Shown here: positions 12,847 through 25,088 of the stretch, one piece after another
How positions within the stretch are numbered: the first letter of the stretch is position 1
How the letters are laid out: each line of letters starts with the position of its first letter
Origin: Oculina patagonica
Lineage: Eukaryota
DNA: 64,000 nucleotides
Direction: 5' to 3'
Assembly: GCF_052425735.1 (NCBI RefSeq)
Contig: NC_135763.1
Coordinates: 25,916,001-25,980,000 of the forward strand
Program-made: the position numbers and the translations under genes
The notes under the pieces: generated by a model
What the model was told of the DNA's origin: nothing
Seen by the model: only the letters and a program-made list of their open reading frames with translations
The model's database searches: none

Positions 12847-15137
12847 ATGGCGGAAAGTGAGGAGAAAAAATTCGAAGCAAAGCATGTCTCTTTCGAAGAA
12901 ATATTTAGCAATATTGACTCGGAGAATCTGCCTAAACTTAGCAAGGAAAAGCTACACTATTTTTGCAATGCCCTGAAACTAAAAGTATCCGGCGAGAAGA
13001 AAGAACTTGTACAAAGATTAGAGCCACTCAGTAAGTGCAAGCAGTTGTTCGATAAAAAAGTCGCTCGAATCCAAGAAGATTATAAGTTCTCTACTGCACT
13101 GGATCCTCTCTCGATTCCATCTCCATCTGCGAAGTGGAGAGTCATTGGCAAGAACACAGATGTAGCCGTACCGATCGTTACCGAAAGTACCATTAAAGAA
13201 TACCAAAAAGCTAAGTATGCAGGGGGAAAAGGCCAATACAGGAAGGCTTACCGTTTGTTTTCTTCGAGGAGAATAATGTCCTTGAGAGCTGCTGAGTGTA
13301 GTGAGCATTCTGGCGCTCTGTATGTAAAAGCTAGTATTCTTAAGTCGTATACAGGGAGTGTCACTAGACCTGCGACCATCCTTTTTACTAACAATATACC
13401 TGTCAAAGCATATTGTGGATGTGCAGTTGGGAAAAGTGGACTGTGATGTCATGTGATAGCCCTCTTGATTGAACTAAATTACTACCATGATAACAAGAAA
13501 CTCTATCTTAACATGTCATGCACTGAGAAACTTCAGAAATGGCATAAGAAGGGAACTTCAGTGACCGAAAGGGCGGCAACACAAATCAAGTTAAAATACT
13601 TGAGAAATCTACGTGGAGCAAGAAGAGATATCAAGAAGGTCAGGGCAAAGAAAAAGGTTCTGAAGCCAACTAATGATACCAGCGACTTCAGTGACTGGTA
13701 TAAGAGAGACGTTTCAGAAATGGAAGAGAAAATAAAGGCCAAACTTGATACAATGAACCCTAGCCAGCCAAGCATTGAAAGTCATTTTTTCTCAGTTTTG
13801 TCACAGCACAAAAAAAAGTCAGGCCTATTCCTACATCTAAGGTACAAGACTGAATTTGAAAACAAACAAAATGGCAAGAAATATGATGAAGACGTATTGA
13901 AACCAAGGTTCGGAGAGAGTACAGAGGCTGTTTGGAGACCAAAACGTGTCCCTCTTCAGAGGTTGATCAAAGTGTAACTAAACAGCAACCTAGCCTCTTG
14001 AAAAGAATTAACTATGTTCCGGTCAATCAGTGTACTAATGACTGGAGGGCTCTAAGAGTTGGAATAATTACTGCCAGCAAAGTTCCTGCATTGCTTGGCT
14101 TCTGTGGGATGAAAGAATTTGACACTGCCTGGTTTTCAATAAGGAATAATATCGATGAAAGTGTATTGAACCCCAAAAGATCTAGATTACCCAACTTTAT
14201 CCGAGGCAAGCAAGAAGAAAGCAATGCTCTTGCCAAGTTTTGTGAAGACTCTGGCTTTAACATCAGTGAGTGTGGATACTTCAAACACCCCAAGGATAAG
14301 AGGTTTGGTGCTAGCCCGGATGGAGTAAGCACTGGAGAAGTGGAATTTCTAGTTGAAATTAAAACTCGATCCCTGCAAATAGAAGTCAGCTAGCAAAGTT
14401 GAAACAAGAAGAGGTTGAAGCAAAACTAAAAGCAGCTCAGACTCCCCTAACACAAGTTAGTAAAGTGAAATTCAATATTTTCCTGCTTTTATTTCTATTA
14501 ACACCCATCTTCATGAAAGTGCCAATCCAAGGTCATAAAATGGAATTTATGTTAGGAAAGTCTTTGATCTAAATCCCACTACTACATCTACTTAAACTCT
14601 GCAGTTTCAGAAAATATCCATACCCACCCCATTAAAGGTCATTGGAATTTCAGAGCTTTAATGAAACTTCTAAAGGGGTGGGGGTTTCAACCCAGAAAAA
14701 CCTTCTTGGAAGGGGATGGATATTTTCTGAAACAACACATTCTGCAATGAAGGTAACATTTTGATTAATATGCTGCCACTTTCCCTTTATTTCAGATTAC
14801 AGGGAGTCATCTTGTCCAGTGCCACTTACAAATGGAGTGCACAGAAACATCATTAGTTTACTTAATGTCCTATGTCCCAGAAAACAAAGCCACAACTTAT
14901 TTTCCTGTTTCAAAAAATCATGTTTTAAGCGAGATCATGCTTGAGTTGTTGGTACACATGTTTGAAAATAAGCCCTTATCAGACCATTGGGCATATTTTG
15001 AGCATCCAAGCCTGGTGCAACTGGGAAAAAAGCTTGAAGGCTCGGTGCCTAGTTTTGAAAATACGCGGCATTTCAGGTCATGGGTTAACTCACAAGCAAA
15101 GCTGATAAGGTCTGTTAGTCTTCCAAAAAATAACTAG
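12847..15137 (+). pseudogene. ISL2EU accessory gene: SAP - SWIM - YqaJ (lambda-exonuclease-like)
   Basis: SAP-like LSKEKLHYFCNALKLKVSGEKKELVQRL. SWIM CGC..GKSGL*CHV. YqaJ Q...W...R...ITAS, GASPDG, VEIK, QCHLQM. In-frame TGA at 13444, frameshifts near 13950 and 14385, probable intron ~14456-14796. Confidence 0.85.
14595..14740. repeat. Short palindromic MITE in the YqaJ-gene intron
   Basis: gtttcagaaaatatccat ... atggatattttctgaaac inverted ends. A related decayed copy lies at ~15300-15440. Confidence 0.6.
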
Positions 15138-15580
15138 TGTGCTTCTACTTTGTTCAGTATGTTGAATGACCACTACCAGACCTTTGCCAGGAAAAGTCTA
15201 AATTTCAGGTCCAAGGTAGACCAGTTCATAGCTGTACACAATTTTTTGTCATATTTGTCATGATAATATCTGTGCACATAACACTAAGAGTTGTAATAAG
15301 TAATTTCAGAAAATATCTGTACCCCCTGCATGGTCATTATTCCAAATTTTAGAGTGTCGGTTTTATCAGATTTAAGGGATTTCCCAAATTTGGGGGAAGT
15401 TAACTTTTTTTCAATTAAGATATTTCCTGGAATAACCCAGTGCAAAAAAAAAAAAAAAAAACTACAAATGTACATTTTGCTCTCCATTGCAAATAATAGA
15501 AACTGGACAGGTTTGTAATTGAAAGGTTATGACCTTATGAAGTAAGTTCACTGACTGTAATGAAAATGTAACTAATGGAC

Positions 15581-17364
15581 TTAAATGAAAAATGCAAGTG
15601 GTGCTGTGTCATCATGAGACAGTTCCCTTGACTTTGATTTAGTTGCCTCCTTTGCACAGATTGGGTCAAACAACATATTTACAATGTTAGCCAACACTTT
15701 GTACACACATCCTAAAATGTCACACCTGTTCTTTGGCCAGCAAGCATTCAAAATTGACCAATCCCGCATACGTCCAATGTAATTTTCATTATATATACGT
15801 AGGGTGGCCACATCAAAGTTCTTTGCTATATCGGTCTCCTCATACTGTGCATCAAACTTCATCGGAGGGCGATTGTGGGACAAGCCTTTGACGTGACATA
15901 AGTCTTCGATACCCAACCCTTTATCTGTAAGCACTGTAGCACCTTTGTCTTGTATCATATCCAGCACCCCACAGTCTGCAGTTAACTCATTATCAGTGGT
16001 TGCCCCTGGATATGTGTCAGTGCACATCACAAGACTGCCAAAAGGTGTAATCCAAATTCCTGTTTTCCCAGTGTCGTGGTTTTTATATGTACTGAATGTT
16101 GCACTGCTGATGTCAAAGTTTTCTGGTGAAGCAATCTAATTCTCTGTGCAGTCTCCCAGCAACACTGTGTCCTGGAAACCCGATGCATAAAATTCCAGAG
16201 GTAAAAGAGAAAGAACCTCACCAGGGCAGGGACTCAGGTCTAATTGATCAAACAGAGTTGATAAAAAAAACAGCCCATGCTGTAAAGATTCTGGATTGAG
16301 TTGAAATACTGGTGCCTGTCATGTATCCAATAATACCAAGGTGAAGTGTATGCCGACATATTGTCATAAAGCACATCAATTCAGTTCTTTTTGTCAACTT
16401 TCTTTGATGGTGAGTTTTACAATCAGGGTAAATTATGGCAGGTATGTAGGGCTCCACACAAGCAAATAGGCAATCAAAGTCTTTAACAGAAAGTCCAGTC
16501 ATGTAGAAAAACTGCTCAGGATTCTTTTTCAAGCATTTGTATGAAAAAGTCGTTTTTTCAGCCCTGTGAGCAAATTGTTTCAACTGAGACTGATATGTCT
16601 CATTTTGAATTTCCAAGTTTTTGACCTGATCACTTAATTGGTTTACTTCGGTTGTCTTTGTTCTCAGCTTTTCTTTAAGATCATCTATTTCCTTTTGCAA
16701 AATTTCAATGTTCTGAGAAGGCTCATTACAGCTGGAGTAGGAGAGAACCCTTCTTTTCTTTTTCTTGCTGCCCTCTGACTGTTGTAGACTCTATTTTCTT
16801 GAGTGGGGTTGTTTTTTTAGTTACGTTTTTCTCAGCAAATTTAGGCTCGCAGGGCAAATCTGGGAGATGATTAATGTTCTCCCTCTCCCCTTTACTCCAG
16901 TGAGCTGAGCAAATAAAGTCCCGAGTAAAGTCAACTCCCTTGTTTTTTAAAATATTATTGTACTCACGTCGTTTCTCGGGGCAGCTTGCGATTTCCTTCA
17001 GTCTGTAATATTTTAATGATTTGTTTTTAGTGCGCCAAGAATTCGTGCAAAGCGTAGCAGCACAGTACCAGTGTTCTCTCTTTACTTTTGGCGACTTTAG
17101 GTTCCCTGCCTCGGTAAACTTGATGTTTGGCAGGTCATCTAAATCAAGCCTTTCTCCTGACGACCAATGCTTCGAGCAGATGACCTGCTTCTTGAAATTC
17201 ACTTCGTTTTTCCGCTTTCCGAGCACATCCAAATAAGCATCCTGAATCTTTTTTGAGGCGGAAGCCACTTTAGTTAAAGTGTAATAATGTACCTTTGCGC
17301 TTTTCCAAGAATTTTTACAGTAGTTACTAGCACAAGACCAGTGCCAGCCGTCGCTCGCCGCCAT
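15581..17364 (-). pseudogene. ISL2EU transposase: 2x THAP - coiled coil - HTH - DDE
   Basis: Two C..C...C..HW THAP-like modules, YMTGL/HTH region, and LLGDCTE, FSTYKNHDTGK, TDKG and LRIYNEN catalytic motifs. TAG at 16136-16138, frameshifts near 16750 and 16265. Confidence 0.88.
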
Positions 17365-17441
17365 CTTTACATTACAGTTTGTAAATAAGTCCGCAAAAAT
17401 CCGGTAGTACAAGGCCCCCGCGCGGCATGAAATCACGCAAT

Positions 17442-18985
17442 AGCAAAGCGAAAGCAAAAGAACGGAGAGAAAAAATAAAGCGCATTGAACATAAACTGAA
17501 AATTGCTGAGGAAAAATTAGCTGACTCTCCAAATGATGATACACAAAATGAAATTGACACTTTAAAGCGCATACGAAAAAGAATACGAGTACATTACGAA
17601 AGGAGCAATAATACGATCACGTGCAACTTGGTACGAAAAAGGTGAGAAAAATAATAAGTATTTCCTTAATCTACAAAACAATAAGAAGACAAAAAGTACT
17701 ATAAGAAAACTTGAACGCAAGAATGGTAATATTACTGTTGACCCGAACTGCATAATGGACGAATTACACTCATTTTACTCAGATCTCTATAAAGAAAAGA
17801 ACTCCGAAGAGCTAATTTCTGAAAATTGTCCTTTCTTAAATTCTGGGAATATACCTAAGCTTTCACCAGCAATGCGAGAGTTATGCGAAGGAGAGCTAAC
17901 CCTTTCAGAGTGTTTTAATACTCTATCGAGTTTTCAAAGCAACAAGACACCAGGGAACGACGGACTAACTGTAGAATTCTATAAATGTTTCTGGAAGCTC
18001 TTGGGTAGCCTGCTAGTTAATAGTCTAAACTACGCGTACAAACACGGCGAATTATCTTCCTCCCAAAAGCAAGCGCTTATCGTCTTAATTGAGAAGAAAG
18101 ATAAAGATAGACGACAGGTAAAGAACTGGAGACCAATCTCTTTTCTCTTTAATCAATGTCGACGTAAAGATTGGCACGAAAGCTATAGCTAAAAGATTAG
18201 AAAAGGTTCTGCCGGAAATCGTACATCATAATCAAAACGCATATGTTGAAGGAAGAACTATTTTCGACGCTGTCCGATCCATCGACGATATTATCAAGCT
18301 AACATCATCAAATAATATGAGCTCATTACTGGTAGCAATTGACTTCGAAAAAGCCTTTGATTCAGTGAACTGGAATTTTCTTAGACACGCCTTAAGGAAG
18401 TTCAATTTCGGCCCATCTTTTATTAATTGGATTACAGCTTTTTACTCAAATATTTCCAGCTGTGTGATGAATAATGGATTTATTACACAATCTTTTAAAC
18501 TTTCACGCGGCGTGCGTCAGGGTGATCCTCTCTCGCCCTATCTGTTCATTCTAGTCCTAGAAACACTCGCGATTCATATTAGAAATGACGAATGCATTAG
18601 GGGAATGAACGTTGATGGCCACGAAATTAAACTTATCATCTTCGCTGATGATCTCACGGTCTTTCTGAAGGATAGCGCATCTTTTCACTGCCTGTTGGCC
18701 AAGCTAGAGTTGTTTGGTCAATACTCCGGTCTGAACGTTAATTGAGAAAAAACTGAGGTTATGAAGCTTGGAATCTCTGATATCTCTGCAGAAGAACTGA
18801 AAATAGATGAAATTTAAAAAGTAGTCAAAATTCTAGGGATACATTTCACTTATGATCAAACGCTTTCAGATAAGTTAAATTTTCATACCATTATTGAATC
18901 AATTAGAAAGACACTTAACAGCTGGAACTGGAGAGGCCTCACTTTGCTAGGGAAAATACAAATAATCAAGTCGTTCGCCATTCCT
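17442..18985 (+). pseudogene. Host L1 ORF2 part 3: reverse transcriptase
   Basis: KTPGNDG, NWRPIS, DFEKAFDSV, GVRQGDPLSPYLF, FADD. Several frameshifts and stops. Confidence 0.92.
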
Positions 18986-21358
18986 TTTTTTTTTATTTAT
19001 TTATTTTTTTTTATTGCTTTACTGATTCATGCACACTACATTACAATACAATTACTGACAATTACTTACAAAGACGATTCTAACATTGCATACACTACAA
19101 ACACGAAAAAAAAACAATACTATTGTCGCTAACGTAAAGCGCTACTCCTATTTAACAAAAGTTTTGATTGATTGCTAAGCTACTTCTATTTGACACTAAT
19201 TATGCCCTATTTACAACAATGAAGATTAAGTAAAAGGACTTATTTAAAGATACAATAATTTCTCAAGAAAACTTAAGTATTTCCCATTTCTGTAGGTGAA
19301 ATTTAAGCCTGTCCCTTTTCTTAGCGATACAATATTCAATGTGTTCAATATATTTAAGTTTAGCTATTAACTGAGGTAGGAGTGGTTTTGTTTTCCTGAG
19401 CCGATTAGCGTGGACTACTTGCTTACCAGCAATGAGAATATGATTGAGAAGAGTCCAATGAGGACTTTCTTTTGTAATACCTAGCAGAATTTCGCTGTCA
19501 TTTAGCCTAGAAATGGTAATATTTAATTTATTTAACCAGTTAGTAGTATGCGTCCAGAAATCTATGGTAAATTTGCAGTGTAAAAACAAATGCTCGAGAG
19601 ATTCTTCGTACTCTCCACAAAACGTACATAACGAGGTATCTATTAGCCTCATTTTATTCAACAATTTGTTAGTATATATTATACGATTAAGAATTTTAAA
19701 TTGAAACATTCTTGTTTTAATGTCTAAAGTCACTTTTTGTGGCGTTAAATAAATTTGATTCCAGTCAAGATTTTGATCATCAAATAAAGAGTTGTATTTT
19801 AATCTTGCAGTAGGATGGACGTGTATGTTCCCTATCAGAATCCAGTACAGTCTTTTGCTCGTGAGTTCACTGAGCTTAATTTCTTCATTATTACAATTGA
19901 GCACAAACTGAGTTAAATCCAAAATTGTGGTGGTGCTCTGCTCTTGCGCATCAGGGGGTTGTGGATTTTTCGAGTTTATCAAGACTCTCCGTCTATTACG
20001 GCATTTTTTAATTCGAACTGTAGCTGTTCGTTAATGAGGACGAGCACTCCACTGCTATGATTCGAACCGTGACTATAGATCATTTCTCCACGCCATTGGA
20101 ATTTCCAATTACTAAGGATTTCTGGTGTACTATAGGTTTCTTGAAGAAACGTTATGTCACTTTTCTGTTTTTCTATCCACGTAAAAATTGATTTGCGTTT
20201 CTGGAGGTCTCGAATCCCTCGAGCATTGAGTGACATTATCTTAAAATTAACTTCTCCTATTGTGCGACTATGGTTTTGTCCTGAATAGGCTTAGCGAATG
20301 ATTATTTAATAGCGTAGCAAAACAAATGAAACTGAGAATTAAGCTGAGAATGTAGCAACATGCATAATTACAACACAAACACACAAAGAAGACTGAATTT
20401 ATCCTACTTACCGACTGCCCCAAAGCGAATTGTATGGGCGTTCCTACACCTACTGTGAATAACATTCCTGATGTTGTGTTGTGCTCCTTCTTTGTGATGT
20501 TAACTACGTATTAATTAAGTTTTTGTGATATAGAAAAATTTATGCGTTTAAAAGCGGGAAAAGGTGATTAGCATATAGTGTGCCAAGTTGTACAATAAAG
20601 AGCCGAAAACAGAAAGAAAAGCAAATAAATTATTACAATGGTGCATTACTCGGAATAAACTTTCCATTTACATAGAGTTTATCAGGGAATCTCTTGCTGA
20701 AATATACACTGCATCCTCTAGCCTTAGCATCCTTAAATTTCTTATTTTGGGATTTTCTTAGTTCGTACAATTCTTTTGGAATGTCCTCAAATACGTTGAA
20801 ATCTTTATCCTTTAATGTTTTTCTGGCTTGGCGGAGGACTAATTCGCGGTCAGAATAGCGCAAAAATCTTGCGATTACTGGACGAGGACCGTCGTCTTTA
20901 GGTTTTCCAACTCGATGAATTCTTTGAAATTCAATCTTGTCGCGTGGGTTGCTGATCTGAAGCTCGTCTTCCATGAACTTGTAAATAATCTCCTTTGTAT
21001 TCTCCACCTCGTGACGAGTGCCTTGTTCGTCTTGTTCCGTAGTATTATGTTCTTCGATTCCAATAAACATTAGGTTTTCTCTTCTACTGTAGTGTTCTTG
21101 GTAAAGAAGTTCTTTGCCTAAATCGTCCGCTTTCTTCTGCGCCGCTTTAACATCGCGTTTCAAATTGGCAATTTCTTCATCGTTAAAGTCAACACTTTCC
21201 TCAAGCTCCTTCACTGTCTTGTTGGTGTTTTTCATCTTCTCCTTCAGGTTATGAACCTCCTTGTCAAGATTGGCAACGGCATCCTCTATCTTAAATACAG
21301 CCTTGAACAGGTTATCGAGTCTGCTTTCAATATTATCTAGCTTTTGAAGCTTTGAAAG
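18986..21358 (-). mobile_element. Second L1/Tx1 element in antisense, 5'-truncated and internally deleted
   Basis: 9-bp TSD GCCATTCCT (18977-85, 21359-67) and a poly(T) at the left end. ORF1 at 20633-21358. The endonuclease start (19979-20236) is joined directly to the C-terminal zinc-knuckle region (19263-19982). Confidence 0.9.
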
Positions 21359-21367
21359 GCCATTCCT

Positions 21368-22654
21368 AAAATTCTTTATCGCCTCTCTCTTGTCTCAACA
21401 AATAAAACTTTTGTTAAAGAGGTCAATCAGGTGCTGTATAATTTTGTGTGGAAAGGCAAGGATAAAGTTAAACGGCTCGCTCTCATAAACAGTGTCGAGA
21501 ATGGTGGGTTAAATATGCCGCACATTGAGTCTCTCATTAACACGCAAAGGATAGTATGTATCAAAAAGTATTTGGGTGATTCACCCTGTTCCTGGAAAAT
21601 TATTCTCGACCACTATCTTCACAAAGTCGGGGGCAGTTTGCTTTTCCACTGCAACTTCGAGTACACTAAGCTCCCTTTGGACCTCCCTGATTACTGCAGA
21701 GAATGTCTTGCAACTTGGACAAAATTTACTGCCTCACCTGTCTCTTCAATGGATGAGATCGTTAACCAGATCTTATGGAACAACAAATTCATTTGTATCG
21801 GACAGAAATCAGTTTTTAACCGCAAACTCTTCTCCTTGGGGCTACATAAAGTTGGAGACCTTTTTAATGAGATAAACATTAAGCCACACACCACCTTGCA
21901 AAATCTAAATGCCCTGGATCTCTTATTTTTGAACGGTCTTTATGATTGCCTTCCACCTGAATGGAAGAAAGTGATGACCAACGACCCTCCATCGGTGCTC
22001 ATTAAAACTAACCATAAATGGGACGATGTGTTTTTGTACTCGGGCAATGATGCCCTTTTATTAAGTGAATTGTCCTCTAAAAAAATCTACAATATTTTGG
22101 TGTCAAAGATTTCGATTAGGCCGTCGGCAAAAAATAAATTCGATGTTTCATATGCTTCTGCAGAGCACGCCCTTGACTGGAAGAGAATCTACAGCAATGC
22201 TTTTAGATCCGCAATAGATACCGAAACGCGTGAATTTCAGTACAAGATACTTAATAGAATACTTCCTTTAAATGATTTCCTCTTCAAAATTGGCAAGTCT
22301 AACTCTCCTCTCTGCTCTTTCTGCCAATCCTCAGAGGAAAACATGTCCGACTTCTTTTTCCATTGTCCGTTGGTAGCAAACTTTTGGCAATCAATTAAGC
22401 ATCTATTGGGGGGTCATGAGCTAATTAAAAGAGAAGTGATCCTAGGGATCACCGACGCAGTTGAAAATGCATTTCTAAAGAATCATCTAATTCTATTAGG
22501 AAAACAACATATTTTCAGATGTAAACATAACAACTCTCTTCCTAGCGTAATCAGTTTCACAAAAACTTTGAAAGCAGTCTTTGATTCTGAACGTTTAATT
22601 GCTAAAGAAAATAACAAGATCAACTTTCATTATGACAAATGGAAGGATCTGTTA
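21368..22654 (+). pseudogene. Host L1 ORF2 part 4 (C-terminal region)
   Basis: AIP|KILYRL..FVWKGK..GGLN, FQYKILNRIL, CSFC..EENMSDFFFHC, KWK. Confidence 0.9.
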
Positions 22655-23988
22655 GGCTACCTCCTCTCATTGAGTCTAATGCTTGCGTGCGCTTTGCGCA
22701 TGCGCATTAGACTCTTTGTTATATGAAAAAAGCTGTTAGCAATCCCAAGGGAATGGTTCGGGATCGATAATCGTTCGCTGTAATGTAGAAAACAATGATC
22801 AGCTGCAAGAACGGACTCCGTACGGACACGCACGATTAGTTTCAATTAAAAACAGCCAATCAGCGACACGTGTTCCCACGCATAATTAAAAGTTCTTTCT
22901 CAAGTCACGATTATTCAACACTTGAACAGGACGAAATAATTTTCCAGTTAAGACATTTGTAAGCTTTTTGTGAAAATAAATCTTCGTTTTCAGTTCAGTT
23001 AAGCACTTGTGTTTCCGTCTTGCTTAAAAAGCAAGACGTCTTTGAGAAAAAATATTTCGACGGCGACTCGCGTTTATTTACACAATGCGACCAAATATTT
23101 ATTTTGTTTTAAAAAATAGAAAACTTTACCTCGGTTTTTGTATTTAAGTCATTCGAATTTTGACCAATTTTTTCTTTACAGTGCAAACAAAAACCTTCAA
23201 AAATAAAAGATGTACATGGATAAATGTAAATCAAGTTACGCGACTAAATCAAAATGCGTTTCAGTTTGGCCGCTTTGCAGTATTACACTGTCCCGGCCTT
23301 TGCCATACACTGAAGTCGAATTTCATGCTTTTACGACTCTCAGAGATCTTAAGTTCTTCTTACAGCTAGAAAAATCATAAAATGGTTACATTGATATGGA
23401 AGTGATGATTCGCGAAATTTGTACATCATGATAAACAGTCTTCGCTCCTGTGTATGGTAGCTCGATAATAATTGCCTAGTTTCCAGCGTTCAAAAGGTCA
23501 TCATTATATTGACGTGAGCATTTACACCCGTTTTTAGGAAAATCTGTCACTAAGTGCTTACAGTACAATGGAGTAACAGTCACTATTTCAAGTGCTTTTA
23601 TTGCAAAATCTGTTTCAAGAGTCATCATCAAAATGGTGAAAAATCTGAACGAAAACGATGTGAAGTTCTTCAACCTTTGTTGTAATGAACATGCTTTTTG
23701 TAAATCGTCACGCAATCTTGTCCAAATGTTTAATCGTTTCTGCTTTTACGGACAATACGGAAGAAGTAACATCAACTCCTGTTCATACTTTAAATTTTGT
23801 GAAGCATATAACATTTATGACTGTTTCGTTTTCATCCATAATCATCCACGATGCCCCTAGCTTGCTATAAGCATTTTAAATTAAACTCCCGAACACAAAC
23901 CTCTAACCAATTTTAACCGGCTTACGAAAACCGCGCAATCTGTATCACTATGCCATACGGCATTAGACTCATGTCACCCTTGGTGACC
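22655..23988. mobile_element. Non-autonomous DNA element with imperfect TIRs and TA TSD
   Basis: Ends GG..tgagtctaatgc and gcattagactca..CC. Removal with one TA restores the L1 end KWKDLLFF-stop. Confidence 0.6.
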
Positions 23989-24547
23989 TATTTTTTTAAA
24001 ATAGCTGGCAAGCTCGTGGCACTTCTTGTCTCGAAACAGCTATATCTAATCAATTAAAGGCAACTTACTGAACTGTATGTCGTTATACATATATATTGTC
24101 TGTAGGCATGGCACTGTCTTTGTGTTTTATGATTTTTTTTAAGAAAAATGTAAATTTATTAGTGTAATGTAAGAAGTTAATTGTAAGTTATGTACTGTAG
24201 GTTATTCTAAGCTATATACTGCAAGTAGTGTATTGTAAATAAGTCACAGAGTTAAGTTATAAGTATAAGTAATGTATAATGTAATGTAACGTGAAATGTA
24301 AGTAAGTTATTGTGTGTATTGTAACCTGCTTGTTGAAAAAAAATAAACAAATTACAAAAAAAAAAAAAAAACTACAGTACATTTTAAGTGTATTTGGCTA
24401 TTCAGCATTGACCTTTATTAAGGCGACTGACTGAAACCTGTGTTTGTGCAAACCAACTCGTGCGACTGTAATCGGTTTGATTTTACTGAATATTCCTATT
24501 ATTTACGAAAATCTGGAAGTTCCGCGGATAACCCTATTGATATAAGG

Positions 24548-24745
24548 CTGCCTCGTACCCAGGCGCTACGCTTTATACGGAATTATATGGAATCGCAAGG
24601 GATCATGGGAAGGGCGAAAGAAGCGAAGCGGCGCTCCCCGCTTTCGATCACGCCTTCCCTTGACCCTTTGCGTGCTTTTTCACGCCTTCCCTTGACCGTT
24701 TGCGTTCTTCGCCAAAAGCTCTCGCGGCGCCTGGGTACGAGGCAG
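24548..24745. mobile_element. MITE with 19-bp TIR and 9-bp TSD
   Basis: CTGCCTCGTACCCAGGCGC / GCGCCTGGGTACGAGGCAG. TSD GATATAAGG at 24539-47 and 24746-54. Confidence 0.9.
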
Positions 24746-25088
24746 GATATAAGGTACATACGTCAAAGCATATTGTTTGCCATGGCTTACAAAAACTTCA
24801 AAAAAATAAAAAAAAAACACACAACAACGGCAACAGCAACAACAAAACAATGATCACTAGATAGTACGATCTTTTTTATATATGGTGAGCAAAGTAAATT
24901 GTTAAAGAAAGTCAAATAAAGTGTCAGGCAAAAAGAGACCATATTTTACCCTTGTTATTTTATTTAATCACAACTTCTGCTTTAAGACAAAAACGTAAGA
25001 GCAAAAATGAAATGCATATTAAGTACTGCTTAGATACGCATTACTAGCAGAGTTCTTTTCAAGAAATAGCACACGTATAGAGACTTAC

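Larger units (their letters stand above)
12774..17439. mobile_element. ISL2EU-type (PIF/Harbinger-ISL2EU-Spy group) DNA transposon, full length, disabled
   Basis: TIRs TGCGTGATTTCATGCCGCGCGGGGGCCT... and AT TSD (12772-73, 17440-41). Removal restores L1 ETITYSKAK. Encodes a YqaJ nuclease and a DDE_Tnp_4-like transposase, the known ISL2EU gene pair. Confidence 0.9.
6745..24371 (+). mobile_element. Host L1/Tx1-clade non-LTR retrotransposon, fragmented by four nested insertions
   Basis: ORF1, APE endonuclease, RT, C-terminal zinc-knuckle region, T/G-rich 3' UTR with AATAAA and poly(A) ending at 24371. The reading frame rejoins across each insertion. Confidence 0.9.

Noticed and set aside
13932-14393. 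YqaJ as a phage or viral recombinase insertion
   Set aside because: It lies within TIRs beside a DDE transposase and has a probable spliceosomal intron; this is the ISL2EU accessory gene.
16726-17544. ORF-track N-terminal extension of the transposase
   Set aside because: It reads through the TIR into antisense L1 sequence; the likely start is 17364.
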